NCBI GenBank assembly: GCA_013265495.1
Contig: MU061538.1
Span: 932,001-996,000, forward strand
Direction of reading: 5' to 3'
DNA length: 64,000 nt
Origin: Vicugna vicugna
Lineage: Eukaryota
Shown: positions 24,383-36,949 of the stretch, piece after piece
Numbering within the stretch: the stretch's first letter is position 1
How the letters are laid out: every line of letters begins with the position of its first letter
Made by a program: the position numbers and the translations under genes
The notes under the pieces: model-generated
What the model was told of the DNA's origin: nothing
What the model saw: only the letters and a program-made list of their open reading frames with translations
Database searches by the model: none

Positions 24383-26319
24383 CACGTGCAGGAGGGGCAC
24401 GTGTGTGTGCATGTGCACATACGCAGTTTTTGCTGAAACATCTGAAAGTAAATTGCAGATGTGACTTTTCACTCCTTACTACTCTGTCTCCTAAAGGGTG
24501 TGTAAGACTGCTGTATCGTTATCACACCAAAGACAGCAGACAATTCCACAGCATCACGTGGTGCTCAGATGTCCCCAGCTGTGCCCTGAAGAACTTCTAG
24601 AGCTGAATTTTAGAAGTTCTGACCCACTCAAGGTTCATACACCTTGGGATGCCTCTTGGTTGATGTCTTTAATACGAGAACCCCCCAGCGGGGTTTTCAT
24701 GACTGAGTTGCCAGGAGAGGCCAGGCTGGGGTCTCCCCAGCTCTGCAGAGGCCCTGTTGTTTCCTCCTGATGTGATGCAGGCCAGCGTCTCAGGGAAGAG
24801 GGTGACACAGCTGAGGTCTACGCCGAAGGGTGTTCTGTAGGATGCGTTTTTGAGGGACATGTGCCCCAGCTCCCTGACACTCGTCACCCAAGTGCTCTGG
24901 CCAGCCCCCCCCCGCCTCCCTGGACCCTCTGTGTCGGATGGCTTCACTTCCCACAGCAGGAAGGCTGAAGTCGAGACCGCGGTGGTGCAGCCGGGGAAGG
25001 GACACTTAACGCGGCCTGCTGGTCAAGCTCGTCGTGTGTGAGCCAAGGCCACCCCACCACACCGACCCCTCTGGGGACTGAGGGACCTGCAATGCCAGGG
25101 TCAGGACGCCCCCAGGCCTGATGGCTCTGGGGTTCGGGGTTCTCAGAAAATTCATGAATTCTGCCAGAACTGCCAGAAACGCCAAACAAGCCACAACAAG
25201 AGCCAATCTGTATATACAGTGCTCCATTTCCTAAACATTTTCCCACATACGATCTAATTTTCAAAGCTGCCCTGTGGGGTAAGCGATTGTAAGACTAATA
25301 TTTCAGAAGAGCCAGCAGGTGAGGTGGTGATGACAAAACACAGACAGCAATTTGGGCAAGTCATTCTGGGAACAGCGGCAGAGATGGCACAGCAGCTGGA
25401 AGGCAGGCAGAGTGGGGCCAAGAGGCATTCGGTTATTATTTGTCCGAGGTGAGAGCTGCTTGAGCGTGCACCGCAGCGTGTTTATCCATTAACCTGCTGA
25501 GGGGTATGTGGGTTGTTTCCAGTTCCTGGACATGAAAAATTAGCGAAGACTAGTATTTCATTTTACTGAAGAAGGTGACTTTGCAAAGATAAAAAAGACA
25601 GGAACCAGCACGAGGCAGTGAGAACCAAGGTGTGCGGACCTCAGGCAGCATCGGGCAACCACCTTCTATGACCACAAACAGATAATGGAAAGATCTTTCT
25701 AGATTGGACCTCGGCCTGGCTGTGCTGATGGTCACTTGGAGGAGCATGGTTTCCATCCCCAGACAGCCCACGAACGAGCACCCAAGGAACAGGGTGAGGT
25801 GAAGGCTCACAGCGGTGCTCAGAGGGACCAGGACTGCCCACGGGGCCCCAGGGTGCCAGGGGAACGACTTCGGGGTGTCCTCAGCAGGATCGGTAGTTCT
25901 CAAGTAGCCCTGAAGGGTGGCGGGTCCACACCTGAGTTGTCCATTGCAGCTTCCCAGGGAAGACAGAAGGGTAGAGTCAAGAGGGAGGGACGGAGGGCTG
26001 AAATTTAACAGAACAGCTGGAAGTATATGGACCCCCCCAGCTTCACCCTGAGTCTGGATAAACATCCAAGTCTAGGTTTAGAAAGAAAACACAAAGGCAC
26101 TGTTCGCAAAGCTTTCCAGGTTATAAGAACGTTGGCCTTTGAAAGCCATTTGGGGTCAGGCTGAATGCATTCATTTAAAGACATACTGCTTTTGTTCAAT
26201 GTAGGATTTGTGCATGTGGAAGCGAAACACTGGGAAACCAAGAAAAAACAGCAGAAATCAGTCACTACTTACTCTGTATTCTGCCTTATATTTAAAAAGG
26301 GAGAGAGAGAAAGAAAAGA

Positions 26320-26910
26320 ACACTTTCCCAGAGGTTTAGCTATAAATTTTGTGGTAAATAGGGCACCTATTAAATTAATTCTGTATGATATTATAGTGAT
26401 TAGGTTTGCAGAAAAACCATCAGCTGAAGTGCGTTCCTGCTCCAGCCAGCGCGGTGGCCCAGTTTCCATCCGCTTCCCCCTGATGTCTGGGCACGGCTGG
26501 GAGTCCTCAGTCAAAGTTGGCTTCCAGGCGCTCCTGTGATTCTCAATTAGGTAGAAATTTTAGGAGCAACAAAAATTATGGGAGGAATGTAGCTTCATCA
26601 GTCATTTTCCCGCAGGAACAGTGGCAATTTGAAGAGTTTTACCACTCTGAAGGTCAAGATTAAAAACCAAGTAATTTATTACCACTGATTTAGAGATTAA
26701 CATGGTGCCAATTAATCAATTACTCAATGTGATGAATTGACGATTAATTGACATTTCAGTTCCAAGCTGGCAAAGCTTTTTGACTTCCATAGTGAATAAC
26801 TGACATCTCTCAATCGCAAGGTTATGAGGATTTCCTCCAAGATCAAAATGAGAAGGAATAAAAAAGAATACATAAGGATAATCATCCCCCAAATTGTCAC
26901 ATAGGGAGTA
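26320..26910. promoter_or_regulatory. Candidate conserved enhancer
   Basis: AT-rich repeat-free island; ATTAATCA (PBX-HOX type, 26711-26718), TAATTGACA, further TAAT clusters. Confidence 0.5.
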
Positions 26911-27691
26911 GAAGCCACTGGGCGAACCAGCGAGCCGTTGACGTCACTGGACAGCAGGGCTCAGCATGAGGAGGATGAGGACCTTCTCTTCCTGACGATT
27001 TAGGAGTGTCTGCCCAGGTTTATTCTCGTGCCTCTGCAAGACTCCTTCTTGCCTTGAGCCGCGAGCCCCGGGGCCGTCAGAGCCCTCGGCGGCAGCCCAC
27101 AAACGAGGGGTTTCCTAAAGGGCTGACTGTGCCCGTTTAGACGGCCCTCTGAACAGTTCTCAGCGTTCAGTGCAGTCAGGCCAGATCCAAGGTCAAGACG
27201 ACCACGTGCCAGTTGTCCAGCTGAGATCACACTGCTCCCTCCGGGGCTGAGTGTGGCGGGCTGGCCAGGGAGCCAGACGCCTGGGCAGTCAGCTAGGTCA
27301 CGGAGAGTGGTCAGAGCTGGAAGGTCTACTCTGAAGGCCAGGAGCCAACAGACACCTTGATGCTCAACAGACAGGTGGAGGGCCTCCCGGGAAGGGCATG
27401 TGAGGGAGGGTCGGGGATGCACGTGAGGTTTGGAAGAGACCTGGCTCTCCTTCCGGCTCCTGGACCCCTTCCTGTCACCGGCCATGCTTGTTTCAGAGCC
27501 TGCCTGGCAGTGACTGCCTGACCTCTTGGGCTCCTGACCTTGGCTTGTTCTGGGACCCTCAGCCCCACAGCACCTGAGACCTGCATTTCCCAAAGCAGCC
27601 AAGACTCCTGATCAGGAGGAAGACTCCCTGAGGGGGAATCTCCTCAGGAAGAAGGAAGGAGCTGCTGCCACATTGGAAGCACGGCGGGAAC

Positions 27692-28097
27692 TGTCACCAA
27701 GTCCACGCTCATGCTGCTTGCTGCTCGACAGGCTGATAAATCCAGCAACGAGGTGCTGGGACGAGGAAGAGCGACCGTATTCGGAAAGCCAGCAGATTGA
27801 GAAGATGGTAGTTGGTGGACTAGTGTCCCAAAGAATCATCTTGCCTGCGTTAGAATTCAGCCTTCTCTTATACTAAAAGGAGAGGATGTAAAGTCTGGTC
27901 AGGACGTTTCCTGTGAGCTAAACAGAGGTTTTTTAGCTTAATGCTCATGACCTGGGAGGCAGGGTTCCCAGAGATGCGTCATTATGTGTAATTTAAGCTT
28001 ACAGGCAACATCGCTTGAGTGGCTAACTTCTACTGCGAAAGCAATGGAACACAAAGATGGAAGTAAAAGGGGCAGGTCCAGCATGGGGTCAGTTATA
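27692..28097 (-). mobile_element. ERV1-type solo LTR
   Basis: Starts tgtcacc; 'ttcggaaagccagcaga...gagaagatggt...ggactagtgtcccaaagaatcatcttgcctg...ttatactaaaagg' resembles cetartiodactyl ERV1 LTRs; imperfect 4-bp TSD gaac/gagc. Confidence 0.7.
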
Positions 28098-28859
28098 GAG
28101 CAGCATTCAGCTTCTAAGAGCCCAAAGTCCACTCAGGCAAAGGCATGGCGGCTGCACTGCAAGGGAAGATGGAGTTCTTGACAAAAATACTGGCAAATGA
28201 AGTGACAGGAGACAATTTTAAATGTGTGCTACAGCCAGCAGACTTTCTGCCACCCACACGCACTCGTCTGAGCCCCCCAGTGAAGCCGCAGCCTCAGGGC
28301 CCGACAGCCCGTTTGCCCCCCAAGGCACTCTGCTGTTTCAAGGCTCGTGTCGACAAACTGCAAGGAGGTCAGGGAACACGTCCCCGCTGGGTGGGCACAG
28401 CTCGTGTGTAAGAACGCCCACAATAACGCCCACAGGTCCATTTCTCTTCCTCTCACTGTCTGCCCCACCCACGGGCTGCCTTCAGGCTGGCCAGCTTCCA
28501 GCGAAGGCAGAGGTGGAGGGCTGGTGTCTCGCTCAACAGTACAGTCAGGACCGGAAGCTGAGGCTGAGATGGGGATGCTGGGGAGGGAGAGAGGCCACCA
28601 GCAGAAGTCACGGTCGAGGACTCAAGAGGTCAGTTATCACCAGGCAAGCGCTGGGAACAGGGCAACCGAGACAGGAGGAACAGAGGCCGTGAGAGTCAGG
28701 TTTATAGCGGAGAGGGGGCTGGAGCCGGCCAGAGTGGCTCCTTCTGATAGCCAGTCGTACCCAGGCGTGTGGGGCGACCGCTGCTCGTCCAGCCTGGCTC
28801 ACCGTGTCTCGTCCTTGTCTCATCACCGTGGTGAGCTCCTGTATTAGCCGGGAAGGCTA

Positions 28860-29440
28860 CCAGTCAGAGTCAGAAAACCAGTTCAGCAGGGGCTCCCGTG
28901 CCCGGGACTCTGTCTCACACCGTGAGAAGTTCTGAGGAAGGTGATCCACGCAGGTGCGGCGGCTCACAGATGCTGCCAGGGGTGCAGGCTCCTTCTGTCT
29001 CTGCTCCATCCTCCCAGCGTGGCGACTTCCAGACTCGGGCTTCTCGCCCGGTGGCTTCAAGTTGCAGGTTGCCTGTCTGGAGTGCATCTGCCCTCCTGGC
29101 AGGCGGGAGGAAGGGAGGGGAAGAGAGGGAAGGAAGGAGGGCTTCCTGGAAGTGCCCGGCTAGCGGAGCTTGCCCAGAAATTACAGCTGTGCTCCCCCTC
29201 GCATCGCGTTGGTCAGAACTGCATCACACGGTCACCTGAACTTTCCCAGAAGTCACACCCGTGCTTCTCCTTGCATCCCCATTGGCCAGAACTGCGTCAC
29301 GTGGTCACATAACCCCCCCCCCGAGTCTCCCCCATACTTCTACTCACACCCCATTGGTCAGAGTGTGTCACACGACCACCAGGGCTTCACGGAGGTTTTG
29401 GAGAACTAGTGTTTTAGTTGGGCACATTTCCCCTCCTCCA
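28860..29440 (-). mobile_element. Old MLT1 (J/K-like) LTR with internal repeated unit
   Basis: 'caggctccttctgtctctgctccatcctc...cattggccagaactgcgtcacgtgg' motifs. Confidence 0.6.
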
Positions 29441-31070
29441 AAATCAGAGTTCTTTTTGTAAGGAAGGACCTGGGCCTTAAACGTGAGTGTCCCACTGGTA
29501 TTACAGAGTCTGGTGGAATCTTGGGTGGAAGGTGAGAGGACAATTGGGTAGAGGAGGCATGAACACACAGTGTGTCACCAGTCCCCTAAGCAGGGGCGAC
29601 AGATCTCAGTCATGCCCACCACGGACTGTGACCTGGAAATTATGTCTCCACAGGGACGCTTAGCTTCCAGACCAAATTGTTCTTTAAGCAAATTAGAGAT
29701 GGAGGCCAATTGCATCATTTCTCTTAATTAGCAAACCAATCTCTCTCAGAGGCTGAGAGTCCAGAAGTGAAATCTGTCATTCCAAGCTCTCTCTCAGCTC
29801 ACCCTCCAAGCAGAGAGGGACAGGTATGGACCCGATGTGCCCTCCAAGCCCACCAGCGAGGACGGAGGCGGACAACACAGGGGAGCGTTGGCATTTAAGT
29901 GGCCTGTTAATGTCTGGACCCCTGAACAGTCACAGAACAGCAATAAAGGAGCTCTTCAAACGTTGCTGGAGACTGTCCATAAGGAGGATATAATGAAAAG
30001 GACGGCCGAGTGTGCAAGGATAATACAGTTAATGTATTACTTCTTTTATTATTTTATCATCTTTCATTAATTGCTGGCAGCACGCCTGCAGGAGTCGGTT
30101 CCATGGAAAGGGCTTTTAGTTAAATGTCTTAAATGAAACGACCACTTAGAACCTGCGAACAAGGTTGAACCAGGGTTCACCTGACTTCAGTAAATCTTGT
30201 CTGAAGGGTACAGAGGCGGGAAGAAGGGGCTTCTTGTGGGACAGCCTGGCAGCGCCAGCACTGAGACACCCCGGAGCTGCTCGGAACTGCCTCTGTCAAG
30301 TTGGAGAGCACAAGGGTGTGGTTTTTTTTTTTTAAAGTCCTTTCCCTACCGTTTGCCACCACTAATGCGCTGTGTGGTCCTGAAGATGTGACTTGCAATC
30401 TCTGAGCCTCAGCTTCCTCACTCAGCAGAGACTTTCCCTGACACCAAGCTCATTAACGTGCTATTTCAGGGTCACCAGGTCATTATCAATTAATGGGGAG
30501 GGTGGTGAGGTTGGGAGGGAAGAGACGTGTAACCCTAAACCAAGAGAAGGCTCTAGAACGTGGATGCCAGCTGCTCAGGATTGCTCTGAGGCCCCCAGAC
30601 ACTCGCTGATGCTCCCCTAGCGGTCCTTCATTCCTCCACGTGCTCTCTCACCTCCCTGTAGACAGCAGAGTGCCAAGGAGCAGGCAGACCCTTGGTGCCA
30701 AGACGCTCCTGCCACGTGGGCACTTTGTAACCCATCTCTTCTTCCAGACAGTCTGGGGGAAAAAAGCATAAAAATGCTGCCAACTCCTAATTTCAGCAAC
30801 TTAACACTCCTGTCTTTTTGCACATCTCAGATCCCACCCCATTTCGTTCAAAGCAAACATTCACGGAGCGTGTCCTGCGTGCCTCACGTTGTGAGGGCGG
30901 CTGCAGAGATGCAGGCACCAGGCGGCGTGAGCCTGACCTTCCGGGGTGCCTGTGGGACGGAGGCTGGGGACCCAAACGGGCTTGCAGGGAGGGAGGCCAC
31001 AGCACGGCGTGACCAAGTGGGCGAGGAGGTGAAGGGAGAGGAAGGAGCCAAGGACCCTACTTTTAAAATT

Positions 31071-31172
31071 GTTTTTTAGTTTTACTTTTTTGGGGGGGAG
31101 GTAATTAGTTTATTTATTTTTTAGAGAAGGTTCTGGGGGTTGAACCCAGGACCTTGTGCATGCTAAGCATCC
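31071..31172 (-). mobile_element. 5'-truncated tRNA-derived SINE (Vic-1-like)
   Basis: ggggggaggtaattagtttatttatt...ggggttgaacccaggaccttgtgcatgctaagca; A-box half missing. Confidence 0.85.
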
Positions 31173-31699
31173 AGAGACCATTCTAAAACTGGCTTTTTCA
31201 GGCTTGACCTCTGGGTCTGCTGAACATCACCACCGGAGTGCCCCAGTAACACCCAAACCATCAAGTCCCAAACCAAAGGGACCAACTTTCCCCCAAGCCG
31301 AGTCTCCTCCCGACGCCCCGACTCCTCTCCATGGCTCCATCACGTTCCTGCTCACCAGCCCTCTGTGCATCCCCCCACCTCTGGCCCCTGTTCAGTCCCC
31401 TGACTCCATCCAGGCGCAGAACCGCTGGCTCTAAGCCGGTACAGACGAGGTCAAGTTTGACGCAAGTAGATGCATAGCGGTTTGTGGAATTTAACTGGAA
31501 TGGTTTGAAACCTGCCTGGGGTAAACTCCGTCCTAGTTACCACTTCCACCGCGCCCCCCCCAGACCTTGCTGGGTTGCCCGTCCCACCCTCCCCAGTCCC
31601 GGTTTATTATCTTATCACCACGTTTTATGCCATTAACAACGATTTTCGCCTTCTGAAATTATCTTGAGCATTCATCGCCTTGCGCATCACCCATCTTCC

Positions 31700-31830
31700 C
31701 CAAGCAGAGCGTAAACTTCACAACGGCAGAGACCTTGTCTGTTCCGTCCCTTCTGTCTTTCCAGGGCCAAGAACGGGGCCTGTTGGATAGCAGGAGCTCG
31801 ATAAATACTTGCTGAATTCGTGAACTCGTC
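31700..31830 (+). mobile_element. L2 LINE 3' end
   Basis: 'gtaaacttcacaacggcagagaccttgtctg...gagctcgataaatacttgctgaat'. Confidence 0.7.
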
Positions 31831-32084
31831 ATCTTTTCTTGAATATTCCTCCTCAATCCATACTGCTCACCGCTGCCAAGGCAGACTTCCCAAGGAATGG
31901 GCCCACACCTTCACCTGCTGCTCAGAAACACACAGGGTCCTCATGTCACGGGGACGGGGCCCCAGCTCAGCCTGCCTCACCGCCCCCGGGACCCACCCGA
32001 GCTGGCCTTCCACCCGCGCCCTTGTGCACGTGCAGTCCCCCTTCGTGAAGAGCAGGGGCTAGAGGTTCCACCTTGCCTGATGAG

Positions 32085-32220
32085 AAACGAAAGGAGCTAT
32101 GGAGATGGATGGTGGTGATGGTCGCACAGCAGCGAGTGGACTTAGCGCCCCTGAGCCGTGCACTTCAAAGTGCTTACGGTGGTCAATTTTATGCTATGTG
32201 TGTTTTACCACAGTTTGCAG
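32085..32220 (+). mobile_element. L1MB 3' terminal fragment
   Basis: 'ggagatggatggtggtgatggtcgcacagc...gtgcacttcaaagtgcttacggtggtcaattttatgctatgtgtgttttaccaca'. Confidence 0.75.
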
Positions 32221-32789
32221 GGGGAAAAGTGGGGCAGAATTTAGCATAGTGAGAATAAGGTTATAGGGGTGTTTGAGTCAAGTGTGGACAGAGGCAGCCC
32301 CGCCTCGGCAGGGACGACACCAGGGAGGAGAAACCCGCAGGCCTCCATACCTGCCCCTTCTGCTCCCTCCCCGCCCCTGCCCTCAGTTCGCGGCACAGCA
32401 CAGGCTTGCAGGCCCCACCGTGCAGACTGCCAGCCGCTGAGCCCCGGCCTCCAGCTCCCAGAGCGGAGAGTCTGCGTGACCTCAGCTGGGTCAGGGGCTC
32501 GTCCTCCCCAACGCCCGCCAAGACGCACAGATTTAGCTCTGGGGTCCTCCTCGGTGACCTTGTTTTTAGAGCCATGGTCGTTCTCAGGGATGGAAACTAT
32601 TTAGAAAAGGGGAAACACCCTAAAAAGGACTTGGGACTCACCTTAGTTTGGATTTACCTTAGTTTAGACCCAAAAGCTTTCCTGAGGAAGCAGAATTTAA
32701 GCTAAAATCTGAAAAACAAAGAGGCATGATCTGAGCAGAAAGAGAGCAGAGACAGGACTTTTGTGCTGGAGCTGGTGTGTGTTGAAGCC

Positions 32790-33115
32790 TTGAGATGGTG
32801 TATAAGTGAGTTTGACTGTGTGGGATAGAAAATCCAGAATAATGGAGGCCTTCACTTCTTGATTCAAGAGGATGCTTAAGCTCCAGCCATCACGCCTATA
32901 TTCCAGGAGTGAGAAGCAAAGGGTCCACCCTTCCCTTAAGCGTCCATTCCAGACACCCCTTCTGTTACAAAGCACTGGCCAGAACCTCATCCCACAAGCC
33001 ATCTGGATGCAGGGGAGGCTGAAAAGGGTCCTCTTTACTCTGGGTGGCCATGTACACAGCGAAGCGGCAGGGCCTCTATTTCCGAAGAAGAAGGAGAAGA
33101 CAGATTCGGGGAGAA
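32790..33115 (-). mobile_element. Old MLT1 LTR fragment
   Basis: 'ctggccagaacctcatcccacaagccatctggatgcaggggaggctgaaaa'. Confidence 0.55.
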
Positions 33116-33284
33116 GCGCAGCAGTCTCTGCGCAGATGGGCAGGAGCATCGCTCTTCCCAGGAAATGGGAAACCCCCGTGAGAGGAGCACAGAGTTAAGG
33201 GGACAGCCTTTGACTCAGAGTGGAAGGTTGGCCCCACCTTTCTTCCAGTTACTGCTTCTTTATCACTGTCCATGGGCCAGGCCT

Positions 33285-34140
33285 ATTTTTCAGAAAACTT
33301 TGTATCTGGCAATAATTAAAGATTCACAGGAAGTTGCAAAGAAATGTGCAGGAAGGCCCCACACACCCTTCCGCTGCCCACCCCCAAGGTGAACATCTCC
33401 TGTCAAAACCAGGGACAGGGCGGGGTCGGGCAGCAGTTCAGTGGTGGAGCACGTGCTTTGCATGTGTGCAACCCCTGTCCCTCCAGCAGAGAAAAAATAA
33501 AAACCACAGAGGCCAAAACTCCTGTGTATGTGCAACTTATCGCACACATAGCTTCATGTAATCACCACAACCCAGCCATGTAACTGAATCACCACCATAG
33601 ACCCTTCTCACCTCACCTGCCCTCTCTTCCTCATCTGTAACCCTGGAGACCACTCAACTGATAATCATGTTATCCTGCGAACTCAGTATGTAGCCTTACA
33701 GGCAGCGTAATTTCCGTGAGGTTCATCCAAGCTGTTGCATGTTTCACAGCTGGCTCCAAGTTGTTGCCGAGTCCTCTTGCAGGATGGCTGGGCCCTGGTT
33801 TAGCCCTTCACCTCCTGAAGGGCATCTGGGTAGCTTCCAGTTTGGGGCTGTTGCAGACAAAGCTGCTATGACTATTTGCTTACAGGTTTCTGTGTGAAAA
33901 TGAGTTTTTATTTCTCTGAAATACACGCACAATTTCTGGACGGCAGAAAAAGTCCATGTTTACGTTTTAAAGGAATTGTCCCACTATGTTCCACTGGGGC
34001 TGAACCACTGTGCACCCCCACCAGAAATGGACGAGCGAGCTGCTTCCCTGCATCCCTGGCCGCACTCACCACAGTCTACTTTGATAGACGTGCAGTGACA
34101 TCTGCTCGTGGCTTCCATTTCCTCGTCTCTAATGACCAGC
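33285..34140 (-). mobile_element. L1MC/MD-like LINE 3' region (antisense), interrupted by a SINE
   Basis: 'aaagattcacaggaagttgcaaaga', 'gggcatctgggtagcttccagtttggggctgttgcagacaaagctgctatga'. Confidence 0.7.
33416..33505 (+). mobile_element. Internally deleted tRNA-derived SINE (Vic-1-like)
   Basis: gcagttcagtggtggagcacgtgctttgcatgtgtg then A-rich tail; B box absent. Confidence 0.7.
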
Positions 34141-34494
34141 TTGTCACCAGCTTGTTCTGCCTCGACGTCAAACGTGGGATTGTTGGAAAACGTGCGTGAG
34201 ACCCGCAGTCCCCTCCCCACCCCCGGAACCCCTGCCCTCCAGGAGACCAGAGATTTCTTCTCTGGAGAGATTGAACGAAAGAGGCTTCTTCCACAAGGAT
34301 GTCTTGCGCAGGTGGATGGAGGAGTGCGGGCGGGCTCTCAGGACACAGGTGGCTTCGTGCTGTAACACCTGCTACCTGGCTCCCAGGCTGGAGGTGCAGT
34401 CGATACACTGGTATCTGGGAATTCCCGAACCAAGAGGCCAGTCTGCCACCTGACCACCCTGGAGTGAACACACGGTCACCCTGCCTGTGCACAC

Positions 34495-34860
34495 ACGTGG
34501 TTATCTATGCTGGGTAAGAAACATCCCCAATGCAGTGGCTTGAAACAATAACCACCTTTTGTCTTACCCACAAATCCACACGTGGGGACAGCTCATTTCT
34601 CTGTCACACCATGGACTGGCTTGACACCAGCTCCCAGAAAGGCCCCCTCACCGGGCTGTCAGCCGGGCGCTCAGCCCGGGCTGCTGGCCTGACCCCCCTT
34701 CCCCGGGGCCTCACCGCGTGGCGGCCGAATTCCACGAGCAAGAGTCCCAGAGCGCTGAGGCAGAAGACACAGGCTGCTTATGATCGGCCTTAGAACTCTC
34801 AGGACGTAAGTCAGCGGCAGGACTGCAGAGTTCAGGGCCGTCTTCAGTCGGCCACCCACA
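34495..34860 (-). mobile_element. MLT1 LTR fragment
   Basis: 'gttatctatgctgggtaagaaacatccccaatgcagtggcttgaaacaataacc...ggggacagctcatttctctg'. Confidence 0.55.
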
Positions 34861-35125
34861 CGGAGCTCTGGATAGACTCTCAGTGCCCTACTCCCAAGTG
34901 TGAGCAGGCGGCCAAACGCCCCAAGGCGTTGGCGGGAAGTCTCCGATAGGAAGACGGACGAAGGAAAGCAAGAGAAACTACAAACCTACCACAGTTACCA
35001 CCTTCAGAGAAGTAAGGGAGGAGACTGGGTTCGTGAAACAACAGAATGGAGCGTCATTTTAAAAAGGGCAACAACTTACAATTGAGAAAGTGCTCTTAGG
35101 TCCTGAAGGTACAAGAAACAACAAA

Positions 35126-35270
35126 GCGGGGAGGGGAGAGCTCGGAGGCAGAGCGCGTGCGCAAGGTCCCCAGTGCCGCCATTAGATAAACAGATAAATA
35201 AACTTAATTACTTCCCCCCAAAGTAATAAAAAATTTTTGATTAAAAAAAAGTCAAAAAAAAAAAGAGAAA
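35126..35270 (+). mobile_element. Internally deleted tRNA-derived SINE (Vic-1-like)
   Basis: ggggaggggagagctcggaggcagagcgcgtg...taaataaacttaattacttccccc, A tail; TSD aagaaacaacaaa/aagaaacaataaa. Confidence 0.82.
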
Positions 35271-36434
35271 AAGAAACAATAAAAATTCAGAAAGTTTGGT
35301 AAAGAAAGTTGAAGGGATCTCTGCAAACAGAAAGTGCAGACAGAGACCGAGCAGCAGGATGGAAATGAGGAGAGTAGAGGATCGGCCCCAGAGTCAAACG
35401 TCGGACGAACAGGGGTCCCGGGAAGGAGGGGTGGGACAGAAAGGGGCCAGGTACCGGAAAGTCAACACCAGGACGCTTCCCAGAACCGAGGGCCACGAGT
35501 GCCTGGCATGGCCGGGACGAGCCCATGACCCTGTAAGGAAGCTTCTGATAGGAGGGTACGGGTTTGAGACGCCCGCCCGCGGGGTCTGCAGCGACGGCTT
35601 GGTGTGCACTGCCGTCTGGTGCTTCGCTGAACGCACAGCCGCCATTTGTCTACCTGCTCTGTGGCTGATGGGTTCCACTTCTTTCCAGTTGGCGCTCGTC
35701 GCACACTTTGCTGCTTCGCACATTCCTGTCTGCATTGCCGGGCAGGCTGGCCTTGCACTGCCTTTGGGCTCGTATGGAGAAGCAGGATCGGGGCCACAGG
35801 CGCAGGTGTGGTCAGCGTCGGTCATGCTCTTAGACAGTTTTCCAAAGTGGTTGAGCCACTTCTGTTCCCATCAGCAGCCCGGGAGCTTCCCTCCGGTTGT
35901 CCCCACACTTCTGTCAGCGCTGACGTTGTCTGTCTGTTTCACCCGTTCCCTTTCAGGTCAGCATAATAATCATAAAAAGACCCACAATGAGGAACATAGG
36001 AAAGTCGGAAGAACTTTAACTCTTGTTCTGGAAAGACTGAGCAAGACAGTGGTATAAGCAAGGCCGGGAAAGCCCCAAGCCGCGCAGGCCTTCGCTGGCC
36101 ACGTGATGGTGCGGACTTGACTCCACATGCGGGAAGCTGCTGAGGAGGTGGTTCTGAATGCCCACAATGTCGTTCTGGCTTCACTGCGAGACACGGATTC
36201 AAGAAGCCAAAGCCAGCGCAGAGAGAGCAGCGAGCTGCTGCTGAAGTCGAGGGCGGAACTGGCGAGGCTTTGGGCGCAAAGGAGGAGTCCGCTCGGGTGC
36301 CGTGCAGGAGGCTCCAGGCGTCCTGGTGGTGGGTCCGCTGTGTGGGCTGAAGGTGGGGAGTCCGGGGGACTTACCCACCGGGGGAAGGGGCACCCGGGCT
36401 GGCCCTGCTCCAGATGAGCTGCAGACTTGGGGCT

Positions 36435-36660
36435 GAGGGGGCAGTCCAGCCTCGGGCGTGTTGAGTTTGGGGTGCCTGCGAGACACCCAGGTGGAGACCT
36501 CAAACAGGCGGCTGATGAACGCCGTCTGGAGCTCTGACCAGAGGTGGAGGGTGAGGATGTTGGTCTGGGAGTTAGAACCATGAAATCAGATCGGTCGCAC
36601 AGGAAGCTAGTTTCGACTGAGGAGAGACACAGCCGCGAGCCCTCAGAAAACACGACGCTT
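36435..36660. mobile_element. L2 LINE fragment
   Basis: 'gtgttgagtttggggtgcctgcgagacacccaggtggagac...tctggagctc'. Confidence 0.6.
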
Positions 36661-36869
36661 AGCAGACGCAGGACGGGCGGCGCGGAGGCAGGGCGGCTGG
36701 CTGCGCGGGCGGTGGGGCGGGACGGGGGAAGGAGACCCGGCAGCTACTTGGCTGCACAGCTCTGCATGTGGATGGACGGGCCTGGGGGGGCCCGGGGGGA
36801 CGGATCTGGGCCGACATGGGGGCTGGAGCAGGAAAACTGGGGGCGGACGGTCAGTGGTAAAACTCTCTT

Positions 36870-36949
36870 TTTGTCTGTTTGTTTGTAATGGCGGCTTTGG
36901 GGGTTGAAGCCAGCACCTCCTCGTGCTAAGAGCATGCCCTGCCTTCCCC
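36870..36949 (-). mobile_element. Internally deleted tRNA-derived SINE (Vic-1-like)
   Basis: ggggttgaagccagcacctcctcgtgctaagagcatgc; TSD taaaactctctt/taaaactgtctt. Confidence 0.8.

Noticed and set aside
35296..36653. 253-aa and 227-aa ORFs
   Set aside because: Composed of old L1/L2 remnants in GC-rich DNA; no recognisable protein
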